Of a stretch of 64,000 bases of DNA, positions 1 to 8,913 are shown in pieces. This DNA is from a virus. How positions within the stretch are numbered: position 1 is the stretch's first letter; the number at the start of each line of letters is the position of its first letter. Below the pieces are notes generated by a model. That model made no database searches. It saw only the letters and a program-made list of their open reading frames with translations, and was not told where the DNA came from. The position numbers and the translations under genes were made by a program. The stretch spans positions 203,681-267,680 of IMG/VR virus record IMGVR_UViG_3300044712_001937; one strand, 5' to 3'.

Positions 1-108
1 AAGAAAATGAAAATCAATATAAACCTTGCGAATTAATTGGGATTTATGTTAAAACAATTAAATTGGAGATTTTTAATTAAAAACCTTATTTGTAACAAAA
101 TTAGGTTG

Positions 109-140
109 TTTACGTATTGATACATAATCAATAAAAATTA
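109..140 (+). promoter_or_regulatory. Candidate phage promoter, variant of the reiterated TTTCGTAT...ATAAyCAATAAA motif, ending about 10 nt before the ATG at 147
   Basis: The sequence 'tttacgtattgatacataatcaataaaaatta' closely matches the motif upstream of the ORFs starting at 1453, 4827, 5347 and 22732. Confidence 0.4.
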
Positions 141-146
141 ATCAAA

Positions 147-965
147 ATGGCAAAAAAGACTAATATAAAACAAGCTAAAATTAATCCTAAATTAACTCCG
201 GAACTGCATAAATCTATGTTGCTTATGCGTGATTTGGCTGATATGGAGAAAAAGGTTGCAGCAGGTTTAATTCCCACAAATCCAACACGTATATTTAAGG
301 TTGATGAACGTATTCAGTTTGGTGCGCATAAAGAAACATATATTCGTGAGGTATATGATAATGGATTATACTATAAAATTGAGAGTTTAAACGTTCAACG
401 TGAAAGGAATAATCCACCTCAGAATGAATTTCATATTATTGAGTGGGTGAGTTTATTTCCAATTAAATTTGAACCCACTAATTTCACTAAAATTGAGGAA
501 TATAGGATAAGGCAATATAATTCAAGCATTGATTCGTTATTATCAATGGTTTACCATTCCGGAGTTGACTTCGATGTTGAATATCAACGTGAACATGTTT
601 GGAAACTGGAAGATAAAATAAATTTAATTGATTCTATATTCAATAATATTGAGATTGGTATGTTTGTATTTGTGGAAAGAGAATATCCATATACTAAACG
701 TCTTGAAATTATCGATGGTAAACAGAGATTAACTGCAATTCATGAATTTTATGAAGATAGATTTCAATATAAAGGATATTATTTTTCGCAATTATCCAAT
801 CCAGATAAGAATAAATTTACAAGTCATGGTATTGCTTATGGTCAATTGGAAAATCCTACAAGGAAGGCTATTTTGGAGACCTTCATTAAAATGAATACTT
901 GTGGAAAACCAATGGAAAATAAACATATTGAAAATGTAAAGGAATTGTTAAAAACTGTTGAATAA
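147..965 (+). CDS. DUF262 (ParB/Srx-like, GmrSD N-terminal type) domain protein
   Basis: 272-aa ORF. It contains 'YQREHVWKLEDKINLIDSI...IIDGKQRLTAI', which matches the DUF262 signature (QR.YVW...LIDSI...DGQQRLTTL). No DUF1524/HNH half is present. Confidence 0.6.
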   Translation: MAKKTNIKQAKINPKLTPELHKSMLLMRDLADMEKKVAAGLIPTNPTRIFKVDERIQFGAHKETYIREVYDNGLYYKIESLNVQRERNNPPQNEFHIIEWVSLFPIKFEPTNFTKIEEYRIRQYNSSIDSLLSMVYHSGVDFDVEYQREHVWKLEDKINLIDSIFNNIEIGMFVFVEREYPYTKRLEIIDGKQRLTAIHEFYEDRFQYKGYYFSQLSNPDKNKFTSHGIAYGQLENPTRKAILETFIKMNTCGKPMENKHIENVKELLKTVE

Positions 966-986
966 TATTAATTTTTAATTAAAATT

Positions 987-1367
987 ATGAAAAGTGTTTG
1001 TGACTCATGTGGACATCAAAACGAAGAAATTTGTAATACTTGTGAATTGATTAAGAAAGAATTAATTGATTTCAGATATAAAATAGATTCGGATAATATA
1101 ACTTTATATGGTGCAGGTAAATTCCATGAAGAAAAATTGGTTTTGGATAAAACGAAATCCAGTTTATTATTTATTGAATTATGGAAGTTTCTTAATATAG
1201 GTAAAGGAGAAAAGAACTATTCGAAAAAAGAAATGGAACAGAATTTAATCTATTGTGTTTCTGAAATTGCAGCTAAATTAGGACATGCAAAAACATCGGA
1301 AGAAATGAAAGTCTGGAATGATGAAACTCACAAATGGATTGATGAGAATTTAAATAATTTGGAGTAG
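987..1367 (+). CDS. Hypothetical protein with an N-terminal Cys cluster (CDSCGH...CNTCE)
   Basis: 126-aa ORF tightly packed after the previous gene, with Cys pairs at the N-terminus. Confidence 0.4.
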   Translation: MKSVCDSCGHQNEEICNTCELIKKELIDFRYKIDSDNITLYGAGKFHEEKLVLDKTKSSLLFIELWKFLNIGKGEKNYSKKEMEQNLIYCVSEIAAKLGHAKTSEEMKVWNDETHKWIDENLNNLE

Positions 1368-1387
1368 TTAAATTACTCCACCGATAT

Positions 1388-1432
1388 AAAAACCCATGTA
1401 ACATTATATGGGTTTTTTCGTATATAGATATA
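1388..1432 (+). terminator. Reiterated terminator-promoter cassette: hairpin cccatgtaacattatatggg plus T-run, followed directly by TTTCGTATATAGAT
   Basis: Perfect stem cccat/atggg with flanking A-run and T-run. Near-identical copies occur at 4765, 5283 and 21731, and decayed copies at 6522, 12248, 17897 and 26881. Confidence 0.6.
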
Positions 1433-1452
1433 TAACCAATAAAATTAAGCAT

Positions 1453-1680
1453 ATGGCAAAAAGTAAAGAATTTGAAGCTAAATATAAAGCAGAAGGTTTA
1501 CGCAGAAGCCATATTCGTAAAGAAGAACGTATTGCCGAACGTAAACGTAAATTATATCAATACGGTAAAAGTTCTGATGGTCGATGTCCTGAGTGTGGTG
1601 GTCAAATGACTTGGTGTTCTGGCTGTCAGGTATGGAGTCGTACTTGTTGTGAAAAATATGGAACATGTATGTGTAATTAA
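1453..1680 (+). CDS. Small zinc-ribbon protein (start moved from the track's 1408 to the internal ATG at 1453)
   Basis: The track ORF begins inside the terminator hairpin. The internal Met 'MAKSKEF' lies about 25 nt after the TTTCGTATAT motif. The C-terminus has 'CPECGG...CSGCQ...CCEKYGTCMC'. Confidence 0.5.
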   Translation: MAKSKEFEAKYKAEGLRRSHIRKEERIAERKRKLYQYGKSSDGRCPECGGQMTWCSGCQVWSRTCCEKYGTCMCN

Positions 1681-1972
1681 AAATATAATTATGGAAAGTG
1701 TAGGTCAATTTATTTATGGTAACGAAGTTTATTTACCTTTAGATTCTGTAAAAATTGGTGATTTATTCTTCACAGATTTTGAAGATAAAATTGCTGTTTA
1801 TAAAAAAACAAAAAAAGGTAAGAAATTAATAAAAATTGTAGAAAATTATGGTGAGTTATATAAAATTGAAAACATTAATATTGAACCACCAGTATCAAAT
1901 TTCATATTGTTAAACCCTTAAATTTATGTATATTTGTAACAATACATAAATTTATTCGTATATTACATTGCG

Positions 1973-2030
1973 ATTTAGCTCAGTGGTAGAGCCGAGGTGT
2001 CAGGAGTTCGATTCTCTTAGTCGCAACTAA
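1973..2030 (+). tRNA. Truncated tRNA-like element with acceptor stem, D-arm and T-arm (TTCGATT loop) but no anticodon arm
   Basis: Acceptor tgcgatt/agtcgca (7 bp, one G-U), D-stem gctc/gagc with loop agtggta, T-stem aggag/ctctt with loop ttcgatt. Only 9 nt separate the D-arm and T-arm, so it cannot decode. Confidence 0.35.
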
Positions 2031-2357
2031 AAACTAATCTTAAATAAAAAATATATGGCAAAGACTAATTGGAGTGAATGTGAAAGGGATGATTTAAATC
2101 AAATTCCTGTTGCATTAGAAAAAGGTTGGTTACCAGATTTTAACTATAAAGATAAAATGCAAGGTAGAATTACTCCTGAGAATTGTCCTCATGAAACTGT
2201 AAGTTTTTTTAAAAATGAAAAACATACATGGAAAGGATATAATCGAAATACTGGTGAAAGTTATTGGATTGTTGCCGATTTAATACATATGCGTTTCACC
2301 AATCATCGCCAGTATGATACATTGGAGTTAGTATTTGAAAACGAATAAAATTAAAAT

Positions 2358-2708
2358 ATGAAAACAAAACTTATTAAATGGTTAATTTCACTATTACAAC
2401 CAAAATTTACTGTTGAGCAAATCAAAAGAATCAATACTGCAAAAAATTTGTTCGAAATGTATTTTAACGGATTTGAAGATGAAGTTGAACCACAAAGTAA
2501 TTTGTCTACATTTAGTTTAGGTATTACTAACTTTGAATTTGAATTCAAATCAAATTTATTGGTAATGACTGTAACATTACTTAGACCGGGATTATTAATT
2601 GGAAAACGTGGTTCAACTATAGAAGGTTTAACAAAATACTTAACTTCCGAAAATGAACCAGTTGAGATTAAAATAAAAGAATCTAAACTTTGGAATAGTA
2701 TAAAATAA
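2358..2708 (+). CDS. Hypothetical protein, possibly KH-like RNA-binding (LLIGKRGSTIEGL GxxG-type motif)
   Basis: 116-aa ORF with a single motif resembling the KH domain GXXG loop. The call is weak. Confidence 0.25.
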   Translation: MKTKLIKWLISLLQPKFTVEQIKRINTAKNLFEMYFNGFEDEVEPQSNLSTFSLGITNFEFEFKSNLLVMTVTLLRPGLLIGKRGSTIEGLTKYLTSENEPVEIKIKESKLWNSIK

Positions 2709-3931
2709 CAATAATACTTATAACAATGGGAATTTTATCAATTCAAGCAAAGTGTTCAGATATGTGTCATATATCATTCTCAGATAAAAATACTGGAATT
2801 GATATAGAGCATCAAGGTTATGTTCCAAAAGGTATAGGTATTGGTGGTGGTGATATGATTAGACTGCAAATTGATACTGTAACTGGTAAAGTTTTATCAG
2901 CAGGTTTAATGACTGATGCTGATATAATTGAAGCAATTGAAAACGAAAAATAAAAATTATGAAAACAATATTAATTTACATTTTCAGTAATTTTGGAATA
3001 ACATTAGCATTGTTTTTATTAATAATTCGTTTATTTTCAGAATTTTTTAAACTAAAAAATAACTAATAACATATTATATGATACTTAAGCTAAATATTAA
3101 AGCCACAAAAATTCAAGGTCAAAGTAAGTCTGAACTTATGGATAGACTTCACATGTACGGTTATACTGTAAGTAGTAAGTATGGAAGTTATTATGGTAGT
3201 ATGAACGACAGAGATGAATACATTCTTGTTGCAAACTTCCAGAAGGTAAATAAGAAGACCAAACAAGTAAAAAAGAATATTAAAGGTAAAATAAAAACTG
3301 TATCAACAATTATCCGTAGAGCGCATTGGATTGCGTATTACTATCGCATCCCTAAAGCTTGGCTTGAAGCAAGTGGTTCTAAAGTAGAACAACGTTCAAG
3401 AAATTTCGTAATTAAAAATAAAAAGTAATGAAAAAAAATGAAAATTTAATTCTTCAGATAGTATTAATATTATCAGTTGTTGGTGGAATTATAATTGGTT
3501 GTAGTAAAAAACCTGAACCAATACCTAAAGATGGTGATAAAATTGAAAATTATGGGATATATAGCGATTTAGTTAAAGAAACATCAGGCAGAGGCTATAA
3601 AATTATAGTTATTGATAGCTGCGAATATATTTATGCTTGGTTTGGAGGTGGTTATGGAGGTGGTTCATTAACTCATAAAGGAAATTGTAAATTCTGTAAA
3701 GAAAGGTTGAAATTATGGAAAAATTAGATAAATTTGCAGATAATGATAATTGGAGTAATTGGATTGGTTTAAGAATCATCAAACATTCCAAGAAACCATT
3801 TAAAAATGGCAAGCAAGTCAATATTGCAGTTTCAATGAAAACTAATCCAAATTCGAATAAAATGGGTTTTGAAGTTGAAGATGGTTCTATTGTCGATTGC
3901 CATCAATGTAAACTTTTTAATTAAAACTTGT

Positions 3932-4720
3932 ATGAGCAAACTTAAGGATTTAATTTCAAAATATGGTAAGGATAAAATTAATACTTTCACCAAATATCCT
4001 TCCATATTAACACTTCATAAATTAGGTGATAAAGGTAGGTTAACTCCTGAATTAACTACAGATGTTAGTGGTGAAACTATGTATGGTACTGAAAAGATTG
4101 ATGGTACTAATACAAGAATCGTTTGTTATGGGTTTGATTATTTATTTGGTTCAAGAGAGAATATTCTATACTATTTTGAAGATTTATATTTTGACCCAGC
4201 ACAAGGAATTGTTGATGGTTTAAAATCTTTGGAGATTGAGAAAATTATCCCCGTAACTGATGATTTTACTGTCATATACGGTGAATTTTATGGTGGAAAG
4301 GTTAGTTCAAATTCAAAGTGGTATGGTCAGGATAAAATAGGTTTCAGGGTATTTGATGTTGCTGTTTATAGCGAAGAAGATTTATTAATATTAGATAAAA
4401 CATTGCCGGAGATATCGAGATGGAGAGAAACCGAAACTGAGACTGGTATTATTTATGGTCAGAATTTTATCACCAGAGATGAGATTATTAATTTAATCCC
4501 AGAGTTTGAGTTAGTACCTTTAATCACTACTAATTTTGGACAATTAGGCGATTATTCACATCAAAATATTTTACAATATCTAAAAACCTATATACCTATA
4601 ACTAATGTAGCTTTATCTGAAACAGCTATAAAGAAAACAGAAGGTTTAGTTTTACGTACTGATGATAGGTCAAAGATTGTGAAAATCAGGTTTGAAGATT
4701 ACGAAAGAACTTTAAGATAA
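3932..4720 (+). CDS. Rnl2-family RNA ligase-like nucleotidyltransferase
   Basis: 'GTEKIDGTNTRI' matches ligase motif I (compare T4 Rnl2 'EKIHGTN'). 'TEGLVLRTDD' fits motif IV (EGxV) and 'KIVKIRFEDY' fits motif V. The start was moved to ATG 3932, just after the stop of the preceding ORF. Confidence 0.55.
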   Translation: MSKLKDLISKYGKDKINTFTKYPSILTLHKLGDKGRLTPELTTDVSGETMYGTEKIDGTNTRIVCYGFDYLFGSRENILYYFEDLYFDPAQGIVDGLKSLEIEKIIPVTDDFTVIYGEFYGGKVSSNSKWYGQDKIGFRVFDVAVYSEEDLLILDKTLPEISRWRETETETGIIYGQNFITRDEIINLIPEFELVPLITTNFGQLGDYSHQNILQYLKTYIPITNVALSETAIKKTEGLVLRTDDRSKIVKIRFEDYERTLR

Positions 4721-4764
4721 ACGTTAACTTCCGTAGATTTGGAGAGGTCTATTGATTTTAATTA

Positions 4765-4802
4765 AACCCATGTAACATTGCATGGGTTTTTTCGTATATA
4801 GA
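4765..4802 (+). terminator. Terminator-promoter cassette copy (cccatgtaacattgcatggg, T-run, TCGTATATAGATG)
   Basis: Near-identical to the 1388 element and followed by the ORF starting at 4827. Confidence 0.6.
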
Positions 4803-5282
4803 TGCATAATCAATAAATTTTAAACTATGAAAAATATATCTAAAGAAGAGATTTGGGATGCAAATAAATATATTGCTATGTTTATGGATTATGAAATATT
4901 TGGCAATACAGTTATTTGTGGTTCAGGTCAAAGACTACATATATCTGAATTCAATTACCATACTGATTATAGAGAATTAATGCCTGTTGTTGATAAAATA
5001 AATCGTAGGGATTGGGTTACAATATTGGCTAATGAATGTAAAATTCATTCTTTAATGGTTAATGAATTTGAAACCATTCATGTAATTGAAGAAGGTTGTG
5101 AAGAAGTTAAAGAACCAATATGGAAAGCCGTTTCCCAATATTGTAAATGGTTTATTATTGAGAAAAAAACAATGGAATAAGTTGTGAAATTTAAAATTAT
5201 TCATATTTTTGTATTTACTATTTGTTAAGAATATGTAAACAGTTTAACCAGAACTGGCATATTCACCAATGAAGATTGGACG

Positions 5283-5322
5283 AAACCCGTGTAACATTAC
5301 ATGGGTTTTTTCGTATATAGAT
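5283..5322 (+). terminator. Terminator-promoter cassette copy (cccgtgtaacattacatggg, T-run, TCGTATATAGATG)
   Basis: Near-identical to the 1388 and 4765 elements. The ORF at 5347 follows. Confidence 0.6.
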
Positions 5323-5346
5323 GTATAACCAATAAAAATTAAAATA

Positions 5347-6522
5347 ATGAGTGAAAATATTAAAGAACAAGGAGTACTTCATTTTTCATTAGGTGAGGAA
5401 TTTGGAATCAGATTAATGGAGATTGCACAGGAACATCTTATATATGGTTATAATCCAGTTAAAGCAGTTGCTACCATTACTGATGGTCTTATTGGTTGTC
5501 CTTATGATTTTGCGTTAAAAATATTAAAAGGCGATATCGTTTTATTTGTTGAAGGTGATGGATTAATAGCTACTGAACGTACAAGTGAAAACGATAAAAT
5601 ATTTCCGAAACTGGATATCCAAAACTGGATAACACGTAGACATAATGATATTGTTGAACATGGTGAAGTTTTAAAATCTGAATTAAAAACATTTCAATCC
5701 AAAATTCATAGAGATAATTACAAATTTGAAATGAATTTTGATTATGATTCAATATTTAAATTCATTGCCGGAAACGATAATATAATTCTCGATGAATTAA
5801 GAGATAACAGCGATATAAAACAAATTGAATTACTTATCTCTGTTACCAAAAAATACATTGACCATTCCTTGCAAATTAAATCCGCAATGGAATGGATTGT
5901 TAATACTTGGGGCGATGAAGATGAAGAATATTCTAATATTATTGATGAGTGTTCGGATTCTTTAATGAATGTAATGAATCTTTTAAAAGATACATTATCT
6001 TTAGATTTTGATTTTGGTCTTATCGAAGATGACGAATTAGCTTCTTTTGTTGAAAACACAATTGAAATTGATAATATTATATCCAAAGGGATTGAACCAG
6101 TTGATATTATGGATAATTACTCTGCGGGTTGGTTAAGTCCCGAAGGTGTATTTTATGGATTAAATGGTGATATAGCTAATATGTTGCATCAACAAATTGC
6201 AGATGCTTTAGTGGAAATAAATATAATTCCTGAAAATTATAAAGAAAATGCTGTTAATCCAGATTCTTGGTTAGCTAAAAATGGTTGGGTTAAAATTCAT
6301 GGAAATAATATTCAGTTTGAAGGTTGTTTAAATTACAGACTACAAAGTAAAAATATTAATTTGAGCAATAAACAAATTAATATTGTGAAATGTTATATTA
6401 ATTATTGTCATTCAGGAATTATGCGATTGGGTTGGAAATTGATTCCAGTAAGTGCAGCAAGATTTGAAATGATGGCAGAAGAGGATATTATTGCTTTGAA
6501 TAAAGAATATTTTGAATATTAA
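5347..6522 (+). CDS. Hypothetical protein (391 aa, acidic)
   Basis: Long ORF preceded by the cassette and followed by a decayed cassette at 6522-6560. I recognise no motif. Confidence 0.5.
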   Translation: MSENIKEQGVLHFSLGEEFGIRLMEIAQEHLIYGYNPVKAVATITDGLIGCPYDFALKILKGDIVLFVEGDGLIATERTSENDKIFPKLDIQNWITRRHNDIVEHGEVLKSELKTFQSKIHRDNYKFEMNFDYDSIFKFIAGNDNIILDELRDNSDIKQIELLISVTKKYIDHSLQIKSAMEWIVNTWGDEDEEYSNIIDECSDSLMNVMNLLKDTLSLDFDFGLIEDDELASFVENTIEIDNIISKGIEPVDIMDNYSAGWLSPEGVFYGLNGDIANMLHQQIADALVEINIIPENYKENAVNPDSWLAKNGWVKIHGNNIQFEGCLNYRLQSKNINLSNKQINIVKCYINYCHSGIMRLGWKLIPVSAARFEMMAEEDIIALNKEYFEY

Positions 6523-7603
6523 AATCATGTAACATAATACATTTTATTTCGTATATAATTAAAAATAAATAATATGAGTAAATACGATATTAATACACAT
6601 GGCGATTTTAAGAAATACTATGATAGTAAATATAAACGAAATTATTGGGTGCTTGGATATTTCGGTGGTGGTGCTGTCAATATAGTAGATGCATATGAAC
6701 TTGCAAAACAATTCGCAGATGCAATTAAAGTTCCATTGGAGACTGTACAAATCGATGAAGTGTTAAAGTCTCGCAGATATAAACATTTCAAGTTTTTATA
6801 TTCAACTGTTGATGAACAAAAACCTGAAAAGGATAGTAACATAATAGAAAATGTATATCAATGGTTAACTGATTAAAATTAATAAATTTATGGAAGTAAC
6901 TGAATATAAACTCAAGCTTAAAATTCTTAAAGAAGAATATGATACGAAATTAAATGAATTGCATACTGAATTTGCAATGTCTAATAATAACGTACATAAT
7001 GGTGATGTATTCACAGACCATATTGGAAGTGTTAAAGTTGACCGTATTGAAGTAACTCTTGCAAGTTCAGATAATATTCCATCGTGCGTGTATTATGGTT
7101 TTGAGGTGAAGAAAGATGGAACACCTAAGAAAAGACCTTATTATCGCTTGGCGTACCAAATTAATGAAGTAAAAAAATAATAAAATGCCTAAGAAAATTA
7201 ATCATATTACTAATACTGATGAATGTTGTGCACACTGTGGAATACCATTTAAATATTACTGGTATGATAAGGAAGAACGAAATGGAATTAGTGAAATTAA
7301 ATGGAATGATAAATATCATAAACATTGTAGCGAGATTGTAACAGGTAGTGAGTGTAAAAGTTTACAAAAGTTAAACGAAGAAAGAAAAATAATCAAATAA
7401 AATAACAAAATGCCTGATATTTTAAAATCATTTAAGGTACTCTGTAAGATTGATAAAAACGATGGGAATGGTATTAAAGACGATTATCCTGTATTCACTA
7501 AAGCTAATGATGATGTAGATGCTGAAAAAAATGTGAAATATTATTGGGTAATGGAAAAACCGGAAGTTTCTTATTATGGTGTAACTAAAATAATTGAAAT
7601 GTA

Positions 7604-8044
7604 ATGTACATTAAAGAAAAAATATCGAAACATCAATATTTATTCAACATTTATTTTAATGATAATGTTGATAGTCCAAAGACTCTAATATCTTATTTAT
7701 TATTAAAAGATTATTATAGGGATTTGGATATTAGCATGAATGAAGAATATGATTGGGGATATTATTTTATTGTGCGTAGGCATTTCTTACGCAAAATGAA
7801 TAAATTAAATGGTGGTTACTGGAAATGTCATTATTGCGGAAAGGTTATAACAATCATGCAGGAACGTAATAGTAAATCTTTAAATAAAAATGCTATAACA
7901 GTTGACCATAAACTCGCATTAGCTAATGGTGGAGATTTACTTGATACTAAAAATATGGTTGAAAGTTGTTATAAATGTAATCATGAGAAAGAAGATAAAT
8001 CTTATGATGAATTTAAAAACTCCAAAGAAATTTGTTGTGTTTAA
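7604..8044 (+). CDS. HNH endonuclease
   Basis: 'CHYCGK...ITVDHKLALANGGD...N...CYKCNHEK' is a CxxC...DH...N...CxxC..H HNH core. Confidence 0.6.
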   Translation: MYIKEKISKHQYLFNIYFNDNVDSPKTLISYLLLKDYYRDLDISMNEEYDWGYYFIVRRHFLRKMNKLNGGYWKCHYCGKVITIMQERNSKSLNKNAITVDHKLALANGGDLLDTKNMVESCYKCNHEKEDKSYDEFKNSKEICCV

Positions 8045-8079
8045 ATTAATTTATATATTTGTCTAAAATATAACAAATA

Positions 8080-8913
8080 ATGAATGATAAAAAATCCATA
8101 TGCGTATTATGCGGGAGAGAATGGCTACCTGTAATTAAAAATTTATGCGAATGTGGAGGTTTTTGTACATGGGGGTTTGAACCAAATAAACCTGAAAGTT
8201 TTACTGTTGATGCCGAAGGAAATTGGCATTTAAAACCAATACCAATGATTGAAAAAAAGTCTATAAAACTATCCGATATTAAAGTTAATCTTCCATTCAA
8301 TATACAAAAGAACATGTATATTGGACATTTGATGGATTGGAAAGATGGTATCCATAAATATGGATATAAGGTGGATTTTGATGTTTTTTTACCAACAAAA
8401 GGAATTAATCTTCAACGTGATTTTTGCTGGACAATTGAGCAAAAACAAGAACTTATATTATCGGTAATTAAAGGTGTAGATATTCAAACATTCACAGTTA
8501 TAATTTATATTGAAGATAGTATTAAAAGAGATACTACAATTAAATTCATAGATGGAAAGCAAAGATTCTCAACATTACTTGATTTCATTCAAGATAAATT
8601 TCCGGTAAAATTATTAGGTGAAAGTTATTTATATAGTGAACTTCCTAAAGATATTAAGGATGTTATTGACCATTTCGATATACATTTCAATCAAACATAC
8701 GAATACCAAGATGATTTAATATCTGACGATATGAAAATAGCTTGGTTTGAACAAATTAACTTTGCTGGCACTCCCCAAGATATTGAACATTTAAATCGTT
8801 TAAAATCCGATAAGAAGATTCATAAATCTATTTGTAGTGCTGATAAAATTGGTGCTTGGTGTTTAGGATGTGAAGAAAGAAATAATTGTAAACTTTATCG
8901 CAATAATTTATGA
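8080..8913 (+). CDS. DUF262 (ParB/Srx-like) domain protein with an N-terminal zinc ribbon; paralog of the 147..965 gene
   Basis: 'LQRDFCWTIEQKQELILSV...FIDGKQRFSTLLDF' matches the DUF262 signature. The N-terminus has 'CVLCGREW...CECGGFC'. Confidence 0.55.
   Translation: MNDKKSICVLCGREWLPVIKNLCECGGFCTWGFEPNKPESFTVDAEGNWHLKPIPMIEKKSIKLSDIKVNLPFNIQKNMYIGHLMDWKDGIHKYGYKVDFDVFLPTKGINLQRDFCWTIEQKQELILSVIKGVDIQTFTVIIYIEDSIKRDTTIKFIDGKQRFSTLLDFIQDKFPVKLLGESYLYSELPKDIKDVIDHFDIHFNQTYEYQDDLISDDMKIAWFEQINFAGTPQDIEHLNRLKSDKKIHKSICSADKIGAWCLGCEERNNCKLYRNNL

Noticed and set aside
1408-1452. Track start codon at 1408 for the 1408..1680 ORF
   Set aside because: Position 1408 lies inside the terminator hairpin and T-run. 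The internal ATG at 1453, downstream of the promoter motif, is the plausible start.
1973-2030. A canonical, functional tRNA gene at 1973-2030
   Set aside because: There is no anticodon arm, only 9 nt between the D-arm and T-arm. It is reported only as a tRNA-like or pseudo element.
5570-6086. Minus-strand ORFs 5570-5752 and 5742-6086
   Set aside because: They lie antisense inside the 391-aa + strand gene, which has the promoter cassette and coherent spacing.
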